The notes beneath the pieces were generated by a model. The model was not told the DNA's origin. It saw only the letters and a program-made list of their open reading frames with translations, and ran no database searches. Source: an uncultured virus (IMG/VR IMGVR_UViG_3300006620_000015) (Duplodnaviria; Heunggongvirae; Uroviricota; Caudoviricetes). Taken from it: 64,000 bases of DNA. Position numbers and translations under genes: made by a program. Location of the stretch: the IMG/VR virus record IMGVR_UViG_3300006620_000015; one strand, 5' to 3'. Shown piece after piece: positions 1 to 9,211 of the stretch. Numbering within the stretch: position 1 is the first letter of the stretch; the number at the start of each line of letters is the position of its first letter.

Positions 1-944
1 TCTTGGTGCCAGATTGGGAAGTGGACAGTTGCTGATCCACCTCTAATGCCATTTTGAGTGCAACATCTGACAGTGCTTTCAAATTTTTTGAGGAACGGTA
101 CAACACCTGTGTGTGCAACTTCTCCGCCTCTGATCTTACTGTTGATGCCACGGATTCGACCTGCGTTGATGCCGATTCCTGCGCGTTGAGCAACATACTT
201 ACCAATAGCCATGTCACTGCTAAAGATGCTATTGAGGGAGTCATCACTATCAATAAGAACACAGCTAGCAAATTGTCGAAGTGGAGTTCTGACCCCTGCC
301 AGGATAGGTGTGGGAACGTTGATCCTGTGCTTGCTGATTGCGTTGTAGTATTTTCGGACATACTCCAGTCTAGTCTCCTTAGGATAATCTGCAAAAATTG
401 TAGCAGCGACAAGAATGTATGCATACTGTGGAGTCTCATAGACTTCCCCAGAACTTCTATCCTGAACCAGATACTTATCTGCTACCTGACGCAGACCAGC
501 ATAGGTGAAAAGATAGTCACGACCATGATCAATGAAGGTATCAATCTTGTCCCATTCTTCATTGGAATATTTATTAATAAGATCTTGATCGTAGATACAC
601 TTTGAAATACCTTCAATCAGATGCACTCTGACATCAGGAAATCCATTCTTCCAGTCATCACCAAAGACCTGCTTATACAGTCCAAACAGCAACAAACGTG
701 CTGCTACAAACTGATAATTAGGATGATCTAATGATACTAGATCACTAGCAGAACGAACAAGAATCTCTTGAATTTTATCTGTAGCAATGCCGTCGTAAAA
801 TTGAATACCAGAATTCATTTCTACTTGACTCGCAGATACTCCTGCAAGATCTTTACATGCACACTCAACCATTAAATGAATCTTTTCCAGGTTCAGTGGT
901 TCAATTTCACCACTGCGCTTTACAACTTTGATTCCGTTACTCAT
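1..944 (-). CDS. nrdA: Ribonucleotide reductase class Ia alpha subunit (5' part, runs off window start)
   Basis: Not in ORF track. Manual translation from ATG at 944: MSNGIKVVKRSGEIEPLNLEKIH (ATP cone)...PTPILAGVRTPLRQFASCVL...QNGIRGGSATVHFPIWHQ. ATGA overlap with primase stop. Confidence 0.97.
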   Translation of the reverse strand, partial: MSNGIKVVKRSGEIEPLNLEKIHLMVECACKDLAGVSASQVEMNSGIQFYDGIATDKIQEILVRSASDLVSLDHPNYQFVAARLLLFGLYKQVFGDDWKNGFPDVRVHLIEGISKCIYDQDLINKYSNEEWDKIDTFIDHGRDYLFTYAGLRQVADKYLVQDRSSGEVYETPQYAYILVAATIFADYPKETRLEYVRKYYNAISKHRINVPTPILAGVRTPLRQFASCVLIDSDDSLNSIFSSDMAIGKYVAQRAGIGINAGRIRGINSKIRGGEVAHTGVVPFLKKFESTVRCCTQNGIRGGSATVHFPIWHQ

Positions 945-1921
945 ACTTTTTTCCAGGCGTTTAATTTGATTGTTGCTTCTAAACCAGAGTAGATATTAGA
1001 GTCTACCACTCTTTGCACGTTATGTCCAGACATTATCATGTCATTCAGATCTTTCTCCTTGATAGTGTTTGGCCAGATAACAATCTGCTTTCCAGACTGA
1101 ATCAGTTTCTCGTACTTCTTTACAATCTCATAGTTTCTTGGTTCATTGTCAAGTACATAAACGAGGTTAGTAAACTGAGCGTCATCAAGTGTAACGTCAG
1201 ATCCACACATGGCGATGGCGTTTGATAAGAATAAGGAATCAAATGGTCCTTCTGTGACATATACTTTCTGTGTATTGTTTACTCTATCAAGTCCAAACAA
1301 CTTCGGATAATCTTTATCCAAGATTGTAGTAATATATCTTAGTTTCGTATTCTTATCCAGAGATCTTCCCTGATAACCAAACACCTTCCCATCTTGCGAA
1401 ATTAAGGGGATGATAATTCTGGATTCTTTTTGATTATTGTTAAGTTTTGCCCAAGCATTAAAGTCCTCTGCGTAGTAAAAGATTGAGAGTAAACTCTCTG
1501 GAATTTGACGTTGACTTAAGTATGCTCTGGCGGGGTGTTCTTTATTTAGAAAATTTAATTTTTTAAGATTTGAAAATATATTGTTATCAAATTTTGGTTT
1601 AGGAATGTCAAATGTAGGGGCAGGAGTGTTGCTAGATTTGCCCGTCAGACCCTCCTTATAACGCTCCATGATGTATTCGTCATGAAGCAGGGGTGCCTGA
1701 TCCTTCAAGAAGTTTGTGAACGTCCTACCGATGCCACAGTTGTGACATTTGTAGAAGAAGTCATTACGCTTGCGATAAAAATAACCCCTAGTTTTATTGC
1801 GATGCTTCTGAGAGTCACCGCAGTAGGGGCACCTGAATGTATACAGGTCTGATTTCTTTTTTGCAAACTTAGTTAACTGAGGCGAAACAAGATTAATATA
1901 CTTCGCATCAAGAAACATCAT
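941..1921 (-). CDS. gp61: DNA primase (T4 gp61-like)
   Basis: Zn ribbon FRCPYCGD...CHNC, TOPRIM VTEGPFDS and LDNE, C-terminal KDLND. Likely start MMFLDAKY at 1921 or 1918. Confidence 0.95.
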   Translation of the reverse strand: MMFLDAKYINLVSPQLTKFAKKKSDLYTFRCPYCGDSQKHRNKTRGYFYRKRNDFFYKCHNCGIGRTFTNFLKDQAPLLHDEYIMERYKEGLTGKSSNTPAPTFDIPKPKFDNNIFSNLKKLNFLNKEHPARAYLSQRQIPESLLSIFYYAEDFNAWAKLNNNQKESRIIIPLISQDGKVFGYQGRSLDKNTKLRYITTILDKDYPKLFGLDRVNNTQKVYVTEGPFDSLFLSNAIAMCGSDVTLDDAQFTNLVYVLDNEPRNYEIVKKYEKLIQSGKQIVIWPNTIKEKDLNDMIMSGHNVQRVVDSNIYSGLEATIKLNAWKKV

Positions 1922-2345
1922 AAGGTAGATTCGCGTCAATTGCATTCATACTAACAGATTGAGCAGAGGGTGTCAAGGTCTTATAAACAGGGAATGCGAT
2001 CTGTGCAATAACCCCAAGTGTCGCGAGCACAGCACCTGCACCTACTACAAACTTTTGATTTGAGTCTACCTTCTTCTGTATTTTATCAATTCTTTCATGC
2101 AGAATTTTATGATTCCTATCTTCCTGTTCCTTTAACTCATCAATCATTTTGATAATGAGATTGTCAGTTCTCTCACTCTCATCTAGTCTATTCTCATGGC
2201 GCTCCAAGATAACAGCAATCTTATTACTGTTATCAGAGATTGTTCCTACTGCTCTTTCAAGCTTGTCAAGCATCTCTTTGGAGAGATCTTCATAAATGTC
2301 AAGTTTTGATTCTAAAACTGCTAATCTACCAAGACCGAAGGGCAT
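1908..2345 (-). CDS. Hypothetical coiled-coil protein with C-terminal hydrophobic helix
   Basis: Heptad-rich charged body, then FVVGAGAVLATLGVIAQIAFPVY. Start MPFGLG directly follows the upstream stop. Confidence 0.8.
   Translation of the reverse strand: MPFGLGRLAVLESKLDIYEDLSKEMLDKLERAVGTISDNSNKIAVILERHENRLDESERTDNLIIKMIDELKEQEDRNHKILHERIDKIQKKVDSNQKFVVGAGAVLATLGVIAQIAFPVYKTLTPSAQSVSMNAIDANLPYDVS
1948..1976 (-). promoter_or_regulatory. sigma70-type early promoter for gp61-nrdA
   Basis: TTGACA-17 nt-TAGTAT with TG extension, embedded in the 3' end of the upstream ORF. Confidence 0.75.
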
Positions 2346-2346
2346 G

Positions 2347-3108
2347 TTAGACCTGCGATGGATCAAATCTCATGATCTGCAGGAAAGATTCAACACTCTT
2401 ATTCATAAGGAAACGATACTGGTCTTGACGAGCAGCGTCAAGTGCTTCAAAGGTGGAGACCATTCTCTTAGCAACATCACTGTTGACTCTCAGAGTACGA
2501 CCATCTCTAAACTGAAGATGACCCTCAATCTCACGGTTTCCATAAGTTTCTTCCTGAGCAAGTTTCATCAGGGTGCCAAGGATCTCTACGCCTGGTGCCT
2601 GTGTACCTGCTGCCTCTTCAATCTCAACACTCTCCTGAGTCTGTCTCTGAAGTGAAGATTGCTTCTTAGAAGCCTTCTTTCTAAAGTCAGACAGACGTGC
2701 CTTCATCAGGGTGTCCATCTCTTTAGTCTTATTCTGCATTTTGCCTTTGGCGTCCTGCGCTTTCTTCTGAACTTCCTTCTGCTTGTTCAGTTTCTTTTGT
2801 TGGGCAATCTGTTTCTGAGCACGCTCAGTCTCTGAAGGTCCTTCCTTCTTATCGTCTGCCTCAATAATGTGTTGTTCTTGTGCCATTTTTTTCTTTGCTC
2901 GCTTGTCTCGGTTGGATAAAATACGGTTTACAAGTTTACGACCTGCTTTAGTTCTACCATCATACTTTTTTTTCTTCTTACTGGCAGGAATACCAGGAGG
3001 TTCATGTGCGGGAGGAAGTGCAACATTAGCACCAGTACCAACTGAATTAGTTGGTTCTTCCCACATTTTATATCTCGCTTGTTGTAGAAGTTTTCTGATG
3101 TTCTTCAT
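2347..3108 (-). CDS. Hypothetical late protein, Lys/Gln-rich, possible internal head protein
   Basis: 253-aa ORF, CTAAATA late-type motif just upstream, I-x-E/A sites (IIEA, IEEA). Confidence 0.8.
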   Translation of the reverse strand: MKNIRKLLQQARYKMWEEPTNSVGTGANVALPPAHEPPGIPASKKKKKYDGRTKAGRKLVNRILSNRDKRAKKKMAQEQHIIEADDKKEGPSETERAQKQIAQQKKLNKQKEVQKKAQDAKGKMQNKTKEMDTLMKARLSDFRKKASKKQSSLQRQTQESVEIEEAAGTQAPGVEILGTLMKLAQEETYGNREIEGHLQFRDGRTLRVNSDVAKRMVSTFEALDAARQDQYRFLMNKSVESFLQIMRFDPSQV

Positions 3109-3467
3109 ATCCTATTTAGTTCTTCTAAACATTTCTCATCTGGTTTAAGACCCTCCAGATAATTCTCTGGCATTCTGTTAAGATATAACAAAAAAGATTT
3201 GATTACTGGCCAACAATTACTATCAATTTTATAAAACAACAGCGGTACTGTTGCATCATTAAATACGTTAAAAAGTAAGATTAAATGATTAAGGATAAGA
3301 TGATGTTTAAGTACGTCAGAATTTAGATACTTTCGTATCAATTTTTTGACATACTTAAACCTCTTTAAGTCCTCATCAAACTCTTCTCTTGTAGTACAAT
3401 GTGGATTGTTGTAATGTTTAATTGCAAAGAAGATATAGTTTTCTTCGTTCAGTTCATCAAATCTCAT
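3105..3467 (-). CDS. Conserved T4-like cyanophage hypothetical protein
   Basis: MRFDELNEENY.FAIKHY.NP.C...EFDEDLKRFKY...LILNHLI.L.NVF pattern typical of marine T4-like phages. Confidence 0.85.
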   Translation of the reverse strand: MRFDELNEENYIFFAIKHYNNPHCTTREEFDEDLKRFKYVKKLIRKYLNSDVLKHHLILNHLILLFNVFNDATVPLLFYKIDSNCWPVIKSFLLYLNRMPENYLEGLKPDEKCLEELNRI

Positions 3468-3474
3468 TTAATTA

Positions 3475-4266
3475 TCAGGTAACAGTTAGGGCGGCGGCGG
3501 AGGAAACTACTTCAGCGGCACCAGTGTCGGTGGTAACTTTACATCTGTACTGATTACCATTGTCACCAGCGGCTGTTGCTGCTGTTGTGTATGTAGCAGT
3601 TGTTCCATTTGCACCAGTAGTAACATCAGCGAAATCAACTCCACTATTAGTGCTTACTTGCCACTGATATGCAAGTGTTCCAGAACCAGTGGTAACGGTT
3701 GCAGCAACAGTAAATTGTGCAGTGTTACCAGCAGCAACAGAAGCAGCGGCAGGTTGAGTACCGATGGTGATAACAGCGAGAGCATCAGCAGCAGTTGTAT
3801 CATCGGTGAAGTCACCAGAAGTTCCAACAGCAACATTCAGATGTGCAAGACATTCTGCCTTATGACGGGTGTCGCCACCAACATCATAGGTCTTATAGAG
3901 CCACCAACCAGGACCCCAAATACCACGATCTTTGTTTACAGCGAGTGCTGCCTCAGTTGTATCTGCAAAAATAAGTTCTCCAGGTGAACTGTCACCACCC
4001 TTTACTACATAATCAGCAACTGCCTTAGGAGCAGTACGACGGACTGCACCAGCAAGTGCATTGTCAGTAGAACCAGCGTATACTTTATGCAGTTCAATTG
4101 CAGTTGTGCTGGTTACTTCTTTGACGAGATACGAAACACCGTCAAGAACCAGGATGTCTCCTACATCCACGCTATCTGCGGCGTTCTTTGTAACAGTAGC
4201 GTCAGCAGCTGTGACTCCTACAGTGTTAGCAAAGGTCGCGGCATCAATTTTTCCGAGAATTGCCAT
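3475..4266 (-). CDS. Virion structural protein with C-terminal Ig-like domain
   Basis: C-terminus ITIGTQP...AQFTVAA...LAYQWQVS...DNGNQYRCKVT...SSAAALTVT is an Ig-fold signature; TATAAATA late promoter upstream (~4303-4310). Confidence 0.85.
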   Translation of the reverse strand: MAILGKIDAATFANTVGVTAADATVTKNAADSVDVGDILVLDGVSYLVKEVTSTTAIELHKVYAGSTDNALAGAVRRTAPKAVADYVVKGGDSSPGELIFADTTEAALAVNKDRGIWGPGWWLYKTYDVGGDTRHKAECLAHLNVAVGTSGDFTDDTTAADALAVITIGTQPAAASVAAGNTAQFTVAATVTTGSGTLAYQWQVSTNSGVDFADVTTGANGTTATYTTAATAAGDNGNQYRCKVTTDTGAAEVVSSAAALTVT

Positions 4267-4316
4267 TGGTCTCCCTAAAAGTACTGTGTGTTATTCTTTA
4301 TATATTTATAATTTAC

Positions 4317-4341
4317 AAAAAAAGGGGAGTCATGCTCCCCC
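4317..4341 (-). terminator. Rho-independent terminator
   Basis: GGGGAG-CATGA-CTCCCC hairpin followed by T-run on minus strand. Confidence 0.75.
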
Positions 4342-4364
4342 GATTATAAATTTGTAATTACAAT

Positions 4365-4593
4365 CTATCCATTAGAAGTTTCCAATTCTTCTGTCTCTTC
4401 TTCTCTAGCAAGGATTGCTTTAGAAACAACCTCTAGAAGTTGATCGTCCATATCAGTCTTGGTCAGCTTAACCGCTTTAGCAAGAATAACAAGACANNTC
4501 AACCATTTTCTCACCGAGTTCTTCATTCTCTGGAATATTTGAAACGGCATCTTTGATAATTTTTGATGCGAGTGGAAGTAAAAATGCTAGCAT
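4365..4593 (-). CDS. Small conserved cyanophage protein, frame broken at an NN assembly gap
   Basis: ATG at 4593 gives MLAFLLPLASKIIKDAVSNIPENEELGEKMV; after NN (4497-4498) another frame continues CLVILAKAVKLTKTDMDDQLLEVV. Confidence 0.75.
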
Positions 4594-4626
4594 AATCTTA
4601 TGGCAAGGTTCAAAGCCTATTTATCA

Positions 4627-5565
4627 TCACTTCTTCATTTTTTTAGGAGTAGGACCGTCGCAACCGCAACCTTCTTCAACTTCTTTTACATCGGGACAGC
4701 ACTCTTTGCCATGAACATCACAATCAGTGCCTTCCTTAGTTTCGTTGCACTTCTTTTTACCATACTTTTCTTCAAGACCCATCTCGGTTCTCCAGTCGGA
4801 ACGATCTTCCTTCTTCATTCCAATTGCTTTACCGATTGCCTTACGACGCTTCATCAGATACTTGTCTGATGAATCCTTATCGCCGTCGTTATCTACATCG
4901 CCATCTTCCTTACCAACGGGATCAAGTTTCTTTTCATCAAGATCCTCTTCTTTAACGCAGTTAGGAACAACCTTACCACCCTTGTTCTTTGTGCCCTTTG
5001 CTTTATAACCATCCCAACATGAATCAGCACCAACATTCTTGCGTGCTTGCTTCATGCTACCTTCAAAGATTCCGCCTCTAGAAAGGTTAGCAACGGCAGC
5101 GTCCATCAATGATGTTGAATACTCATTAGACACTTCTTGCTTGTTCTCAACTTCACCGAAGCACTCTTCACCAGCAATGCCATCAGCAGTACGTTTAATT
5201 AATGAATCGGAATAGCTATCGTTGTACATTTCTTTCTGGGTACTTTTTCTTTTATTTATAGATGTAGACCACTCTGGAGTCTTGGTCTTAGCATATTGCT
5301 GTTTCTTCTGACCAGGAGTAAGATCCTGAAGGTACTCTCTAGTCTCATCAGTACCAAGTTCATGAACCTCGCTGATGTCAGAAATCCAACTCCTGAATGT
5401 CTTATGATTTTCATCTAAACAGATGACATAATTAGGTCCGCGTCTAATAATAGTGCCGACCTGATCATTTCCATTGCGAACTTTCATCCCTTCTGGGAAG
5501 ATCTCATCATTATAATATTGTTCACGGATGTAAACTCTCTGAGTGTATTCTGAAAAGTTGTACAT
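4627..5565 (-). CDS. Hypothetical late protein (N-terminal small beta domain plus charged low-complexity modules)
   Basis: 312-aa ORF. REQY...IF...G.IIRRGPNYVI domain, ELGTDE.REY.Q.LTPGQ, CWDGYKA.GTK.KGGK.VPNCV and DVDNDGDKDSSDKYL modules typical of cyanophage late proteins. ATAAATA upstream. Confidence 0.8.
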   Translation of the reverse strand: MYNFSEYTQRVYIREQYYNDEIFPEGMKVRNGNDQVGTIIRRGPNYVICLDENHKTFRSWISDISEVHELGTDETREYLQDLTPGQKKQQYAKTKTPEWSTSINKRKSTQKEMYNDSYSDSLIKRTADGIAGEECFGEVENKQEVSNEYSTSLMDAAVANLSRGGIFEGSMKQARKNVGADSCWDGYKAKGTKNKGGKVVPNCVKEEDLDEKKLDPVGKEDGDVDNDGDKDSSDKYLMKRRKAIGKAIGMKKEDRSDWRTEMGLEEKYGKKKCNETKEGTDCDVHGKECCPDVKEVEEGCGCDGPTPKKMKK

Positions 5566-5593
5566 TAATACTTAAATTCTATCAAACTATTTA

Positions 5594-6157
5594 TTATTTA
5601 AAATTAGCAGGAAGATTCTCTGCAATTTCCACCATTAACTTTTTGCAATCGGTGTCATTTAACGCTGTAGGTATACCAGACCTAAAGGTTTTATAATCCA
5701 TCTTATGTGCCGCTCTTCTCATCTTAGTTCCCGAGATAGCAAAGGTATCTCCATCGGCATCTCTACTTCCAGAAGATTTAATTTCAATCTTTCTGAATGA
5801 AAAATCTTTGCCGTTATACCTGTGCAGGAATTGCATAGCAGAAACTCTATCAGAACCCACAAGAAATACCACCTCATCATATCCTGCCATCATCAGATCT
5901 TGTAAGATTGCAACAGGATCTCTAGGACCAGAAAAGATCTTTCCTTTATGTTCGGGAAACATTTTATCCATATAATGTTTCTTCCTATCAGGTGGGAGTG
6001 GATTACTACCTTTCTTATCTACAGTCTGCGAAATATAAATTCGATAGTCCTCCCTCCCTGCTGCTTGTTTAACACCAGCAAAGTTTTCTTTATGTCCTGT
6101 GGTTGGTGGTTGAAATCTACCAAATGTGAAGTAGCAAACCTTTCCGTCTAACGCCAT
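5594..6157 (-). CDS. HIGH-superfamily nucleotidyltransferase (cytidylyl-/NMN adenylyltransferase-like)
   Basis: FTFGRFQPPTTGH, VGSDR and ISGTKMR motifs. Confidence 0.88.
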   Translation of the reverse strand: MALDGKVCYFTFGRFQPPTTGHKENFAGVKQAAGREDYRIYISQTVDKKGSNPLPPDRKKHYMDKMFPEHKGKIFSGPRDPVAILQDLMMAGYDEVVFLVGSDRVSAMQFLHRYNGKDFSFRKIEIKSSGSRDADGDTFAISGTKMRRAAHKMDYKTFRSGIPTALNDTDCKKLMVEIAENLPANFK

Positions 6158-7344
6158 TGTTTCTGTAAGGTGAAATTGTTGTACGCAAATTCAAGACGAT
6201 TCACAAACTTAATCATGTCACCATCTTTATGCATAACATATCCTTCAGGTGTCGTCACTTTATATCCATTTTCAGTCTGGACAAAAGTTCTGAACTCTTC
6301 TAAGTGATCTAGTTTATCTATAACCATTTGTTTCACTGCCTGCATTTCTTTATATAATGCAAGCAATGCCTTAAACTTATAGACATTATCTACCAGATAG
6401 TTTTCACTCTGGTACACCAGATTACGTTTCTTAGTGAGGTTTGCAGCGGTCTTGATCTTAGCAAGTTCCTTACTCATCTTGGCATGATAAAAATTACCCA
6501 GAGCATATACTGCTGCATCAACATTACCAATGTTACGAGCGTTCTTAATCTCGTCATTAAAGAACTGTTTCAGATAAGTTGAAATATGAAACTTAGCGTC
6601 ACCTGTAGTGCCACTGACATCGACCAGTTCATCTAAAAAGTCCCCACATATCATACACATACGTTCAATCTTACGAATATAAGAATCAAACTTGTTCATC
6701 TCAACGGATGAAAATCCCACACGATGCATTGGAGTATCATTCTCAATGACTAATGCATCATTAGATCCTTTCACCTTTGCACCCGCTCTTGCTTGCATAG
6801 TAGGCAGATCATCTCCAGCATAATGAGTATGAAATACAACACCAATCTTTGCTCTTCCTGCTAACCGACCAATGGGATGGTCCATAGGAATACCATAAGT
6901 AATAGTATTAGGTCTGAAGGTATAGAGTTGCTCACCATCAATGGTTTCCCTTTTTAATGTGCTGTTAGTGAATAACAAATCTCCCTGAACAACACCATCA
7001 ATACCCAACTCAGCAAAATATCTCAAAGAGAACTTGAGTTTTTCCGCAAGATCACCTTCATACCAGTCATCAATCTGAGAATCTGCGAAGCATAACTTAG
7101 GTTGAGTCTTAGCAAATACAGATTTAGTTCCAACGAAGAACATTCCACTCTTGGGATCTGTTCCACATATAACTGATGGAGCACCATCCCATTTAGTTTG
7201 CATGAAACCAGCACTTTCCTGGTGACCCAACATATTCTTCAATTCCTTCAGAAAAGAAACCGAAGCAGCACACCCTGCCGAACCATAGTTCAGCATCTCA
7301 TCTTCTAAGTGTTCTAAATGTTTTAGTTGTTTTACGTTTGCCAT
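6148..7344 (-). CDS. DUF6267-type protein with ATP-dependent ligase-like (covalent nucleotidyltransferase) motifs
   Basis: HLEHLED N-terminus; TKWDGAP (motif I KxDG), VVQGDLLF (III), PEGYV (IV), IKFVNR (V). Confidence 0.8.
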   Translation of the reverse strand: MANVKQLKHLEHLEDEMLNYGSAGCAASVSFLKELKNMLGHQESAGFMQTKWDGAPSVICGTDPKSGMFFVGTKSVFAKTQPKLCFADSQIDDWYEGDLAEKLKFSLRYFAELGIDGVVQGDLLFTNSTLKRETIDGEQLYTFRPNTITYGIPMDHPIGRLAGRAKIGVVFHTHYAGDDLPTMQARAGAKVKGSNDALVIENDTPMHRVGFSSVEMNKFDSYIRKIERMCMICGDFLDELVDVSGTTGDAKFHISTYLKQFFNDEIKNARNIGNVDAAVYALGNFYHAKMSKELAKIKTAANLTKKRNLVYQSENYLVDNVYKFKALLALYKEMQAVKQMVIDKLDHLEEFRTFVQTENGYKVTTPEGYVMHKDGDMIKFVNRLEFAYNNFTLQKQWR

Positions 7345-8777
7345 TAGGATATCTTGATGTATGGTGCAGAATCATCAGATGCAGACGTTGCATACAAATA
7401 TATTCTAGTTGTTATCTCATCACGTTGATCCTTAGAACCCTTCATTAACTGATCAACAACCAGTAGACCCAAATACTTAGCAAATTTCCACTGAGGTCTC
7501 ATCGCAGAAATAAATTCAATATCAACCACCTCTCCATCACCAAGAACATACTGACTATTGTTATTTGCTAGTGTCGAAATTTTCTGGTCAAGTCCAGGAC
7601 CCTTAGCAGCAAGTGCAACATCTGATGCCGAAGCATAGTCTCTCCAGACACCATTGCCTGGACCATAGACTGCTTCCATAATGTTATTCATAACTCCACC
7701 ACCTACTTTACCATGCTTAGCAGCGGATCCCATGACTTCACCCTGCCATGTCTTACCTTCTCTATCAGTTGCTCTATACTGAACACTAACTCCTTGACCC
7801 TCAAGATATACATCCATAGAGTTATAAAGAGTTTTTGACCCCACCTTCACAAATGGTTTCTTGACCGTAAGTGATGCTCTAGTAAAATTATGTTCTGTAA
7901 GATTTGCAGTGTTGCCTGTCACTTTTTTCAATGAGACTCCAATCAATTTCTTTTCATTGATTAGATCCAACAAAACTTTATTCACACCACCCTGAAATGT
8001 CATTTCTTTTGTGTAAATACCCATGTCAAAATCACATTCACACATGTAGATATCAGCAGGTGTCCACTTATTAATCTGAGAGAATGGTCTACCTTCTTCC
8101 TTATTTACTTTGAAAAAATGTTTTTCTACTACGTTAACAACACCAGTTCCCCTATAGAATTTAAAATTATTATTTCTATATTTTGTTGCACTATATAATT
8201 TGTTTGCTGTCCTGATACTAGACTTCATCCAGGCAGGATCTTCTGCAAGGAACTGATGTATTTTTGATAGAGGTTCGTCAGTAGAAACAGAACCAGATAC
8301 TGCTTCCAGTTCATCTATGGGAATAATATAATCAACATCAATATCTTTATTCAGCGAATATCTGTATGCTGCAACCCAACATGCTGCTCCTTCAAATAAA
8401 GCAGTAGCATCAGCACCTCCACCAGATCCTTTATTACTACCAAACTGTTCAGTCTTTGTGATCTTAGTGAATGTTATATCCGTTAATTTATTCTTCTTAC
8501 CTACTTTTTGTATCGCTTGTAGTACAGACTTGCGAGTGTACTTAGATACAAAATTATTCGCGTGAGATTTATCAGGTGAATCAAAAAGTAAACCACCATC
8601 AATCACACTCTTCATATCTGCCAGAACATCATCTGATGTCATGATAAGTGCCTTACCGCCAGAGACCTCCACATCAATAAGTTCTCTATTGACGATAGCA
8701 TCATAAAGTACACGCAAACGGATACCACCACCCTTCGGTGCATCTTTACCATAATCTCCCATCTGCATTGCAGACAT
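7344..8777 (-). CDS. Hypothetical protein, putative PD-(D/E)xK-like nuclease
   Basis: 477 aa; TALFEG...KWTPADIY...LIGVSLKK pattern. Function is inferred. Confidence 0.65.
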   Translation of the reverse strand: MSAMQMGDYGKDAPKGGGIRLRVLYDAIVNRELIDVEVSGGKALIMTSDDVLADMKSVIDGGLLFDSPDKSHANNFVSKYTRKSVLQAIQKVGKKNKLTDITFTKITKTEQFGSNKGSGGGADATALFEGAACWVAAYRYSLNKDIDVDYIIPIDELEAVSGSVSTDEPLSKIHQFLAEDPAWMKSSIRTANKLYSATKYRNNNFKFYRGTGVVNVVEKHFFKVNKEEGRPFSQINKWTPADIYMCECDFDMGIYTKEMTFQGGVNKVLLDLINEKKLIGVSLKKVTGNTANLTEHNFTRASLTVKKPFVKVGSKTLYNSMDVYLEGQGVSVQYRATDREGKTWQGEVMGSAAKHGKVGGGVMNNIMEAVYGPGNGVWRDYASASDVALAAKGPGLDQKISTLANNNSQYVLGDGEVVDIEFISAMRPQWKFAKYLGLLVVDQLMKGSKDQRDEITTRIYLYATSASDDSAPYIKIS

Positions 8778-8807
8778 AAAAAAAACCCCCTTACGGGGGT
8801 ATTTATT
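8778..8807 (-). terminator. Terminator hairpin overlapped by a late promoter
   Basis: Minus strand reads AATAAATA-CCCCC-GTAA-GGGGG-TTTTTTTT-ATG. Confidence 0.75.
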
Positions 8808-9210
8808 AGAGATCTCCTGCTACACGGTTCTCCGACCGCTCAATACTGAATGTTCCTTCGGGGTAACGGGCACTCAGTTTCTCAAAATTCATCTGAACGA
8901 TTTCCTCAATGGAAACATTGAGACCCATGCAAGCTTGTGCAACATACCACATGATGTCCCCAAGCTCACGTTTCAGATGAAACAGGTTTTCATTGTTAAC
9001 AGGTTTGCCCTGGAAAACAATCTTCTTCACAATCTCAGTAAACTCGCCTGCCTCAGCAGACATACCTACAGCAGCAGTCAGCAGACGCTCAGTAGCAAAC
9101 TCTTCGCCCTCAAGTTGAATCAGACGATCAATGAACTCAGAATAATACTTGCTAGGATCTGAGGTGGTTCCGTCTACAAACTCAACATACTTATTAAGAT
9201 CAATAGTCAT
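8806..9210 (-). CDS. mazG: MazG-family nucleotide pyrophosphohydrolase
   Basis: EAGEFTEIVKK...ELGDIMWY...NFEKLSARYP. Confidence 0.93.
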   Translation of the reverse strand: MTIDLNKYVEFVDGTTSDPSKYYSEFIDRLIQLEGEEFATERLLTAAVGMSAEAGEFTEIVKKIVFQGKPVNNENLFHLKRELGDIMWYVAQACMGLNVSIEEIVQMNFEKLSARYPEGTFSIERSENRVAGDL

Positions 9211-9211
9211 A

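Noticed and set aside
54..605. 183-aa plus-strand ORF
   Set aside because: Antisense shadow of nrdA, which is clearly encoded on the minus strand
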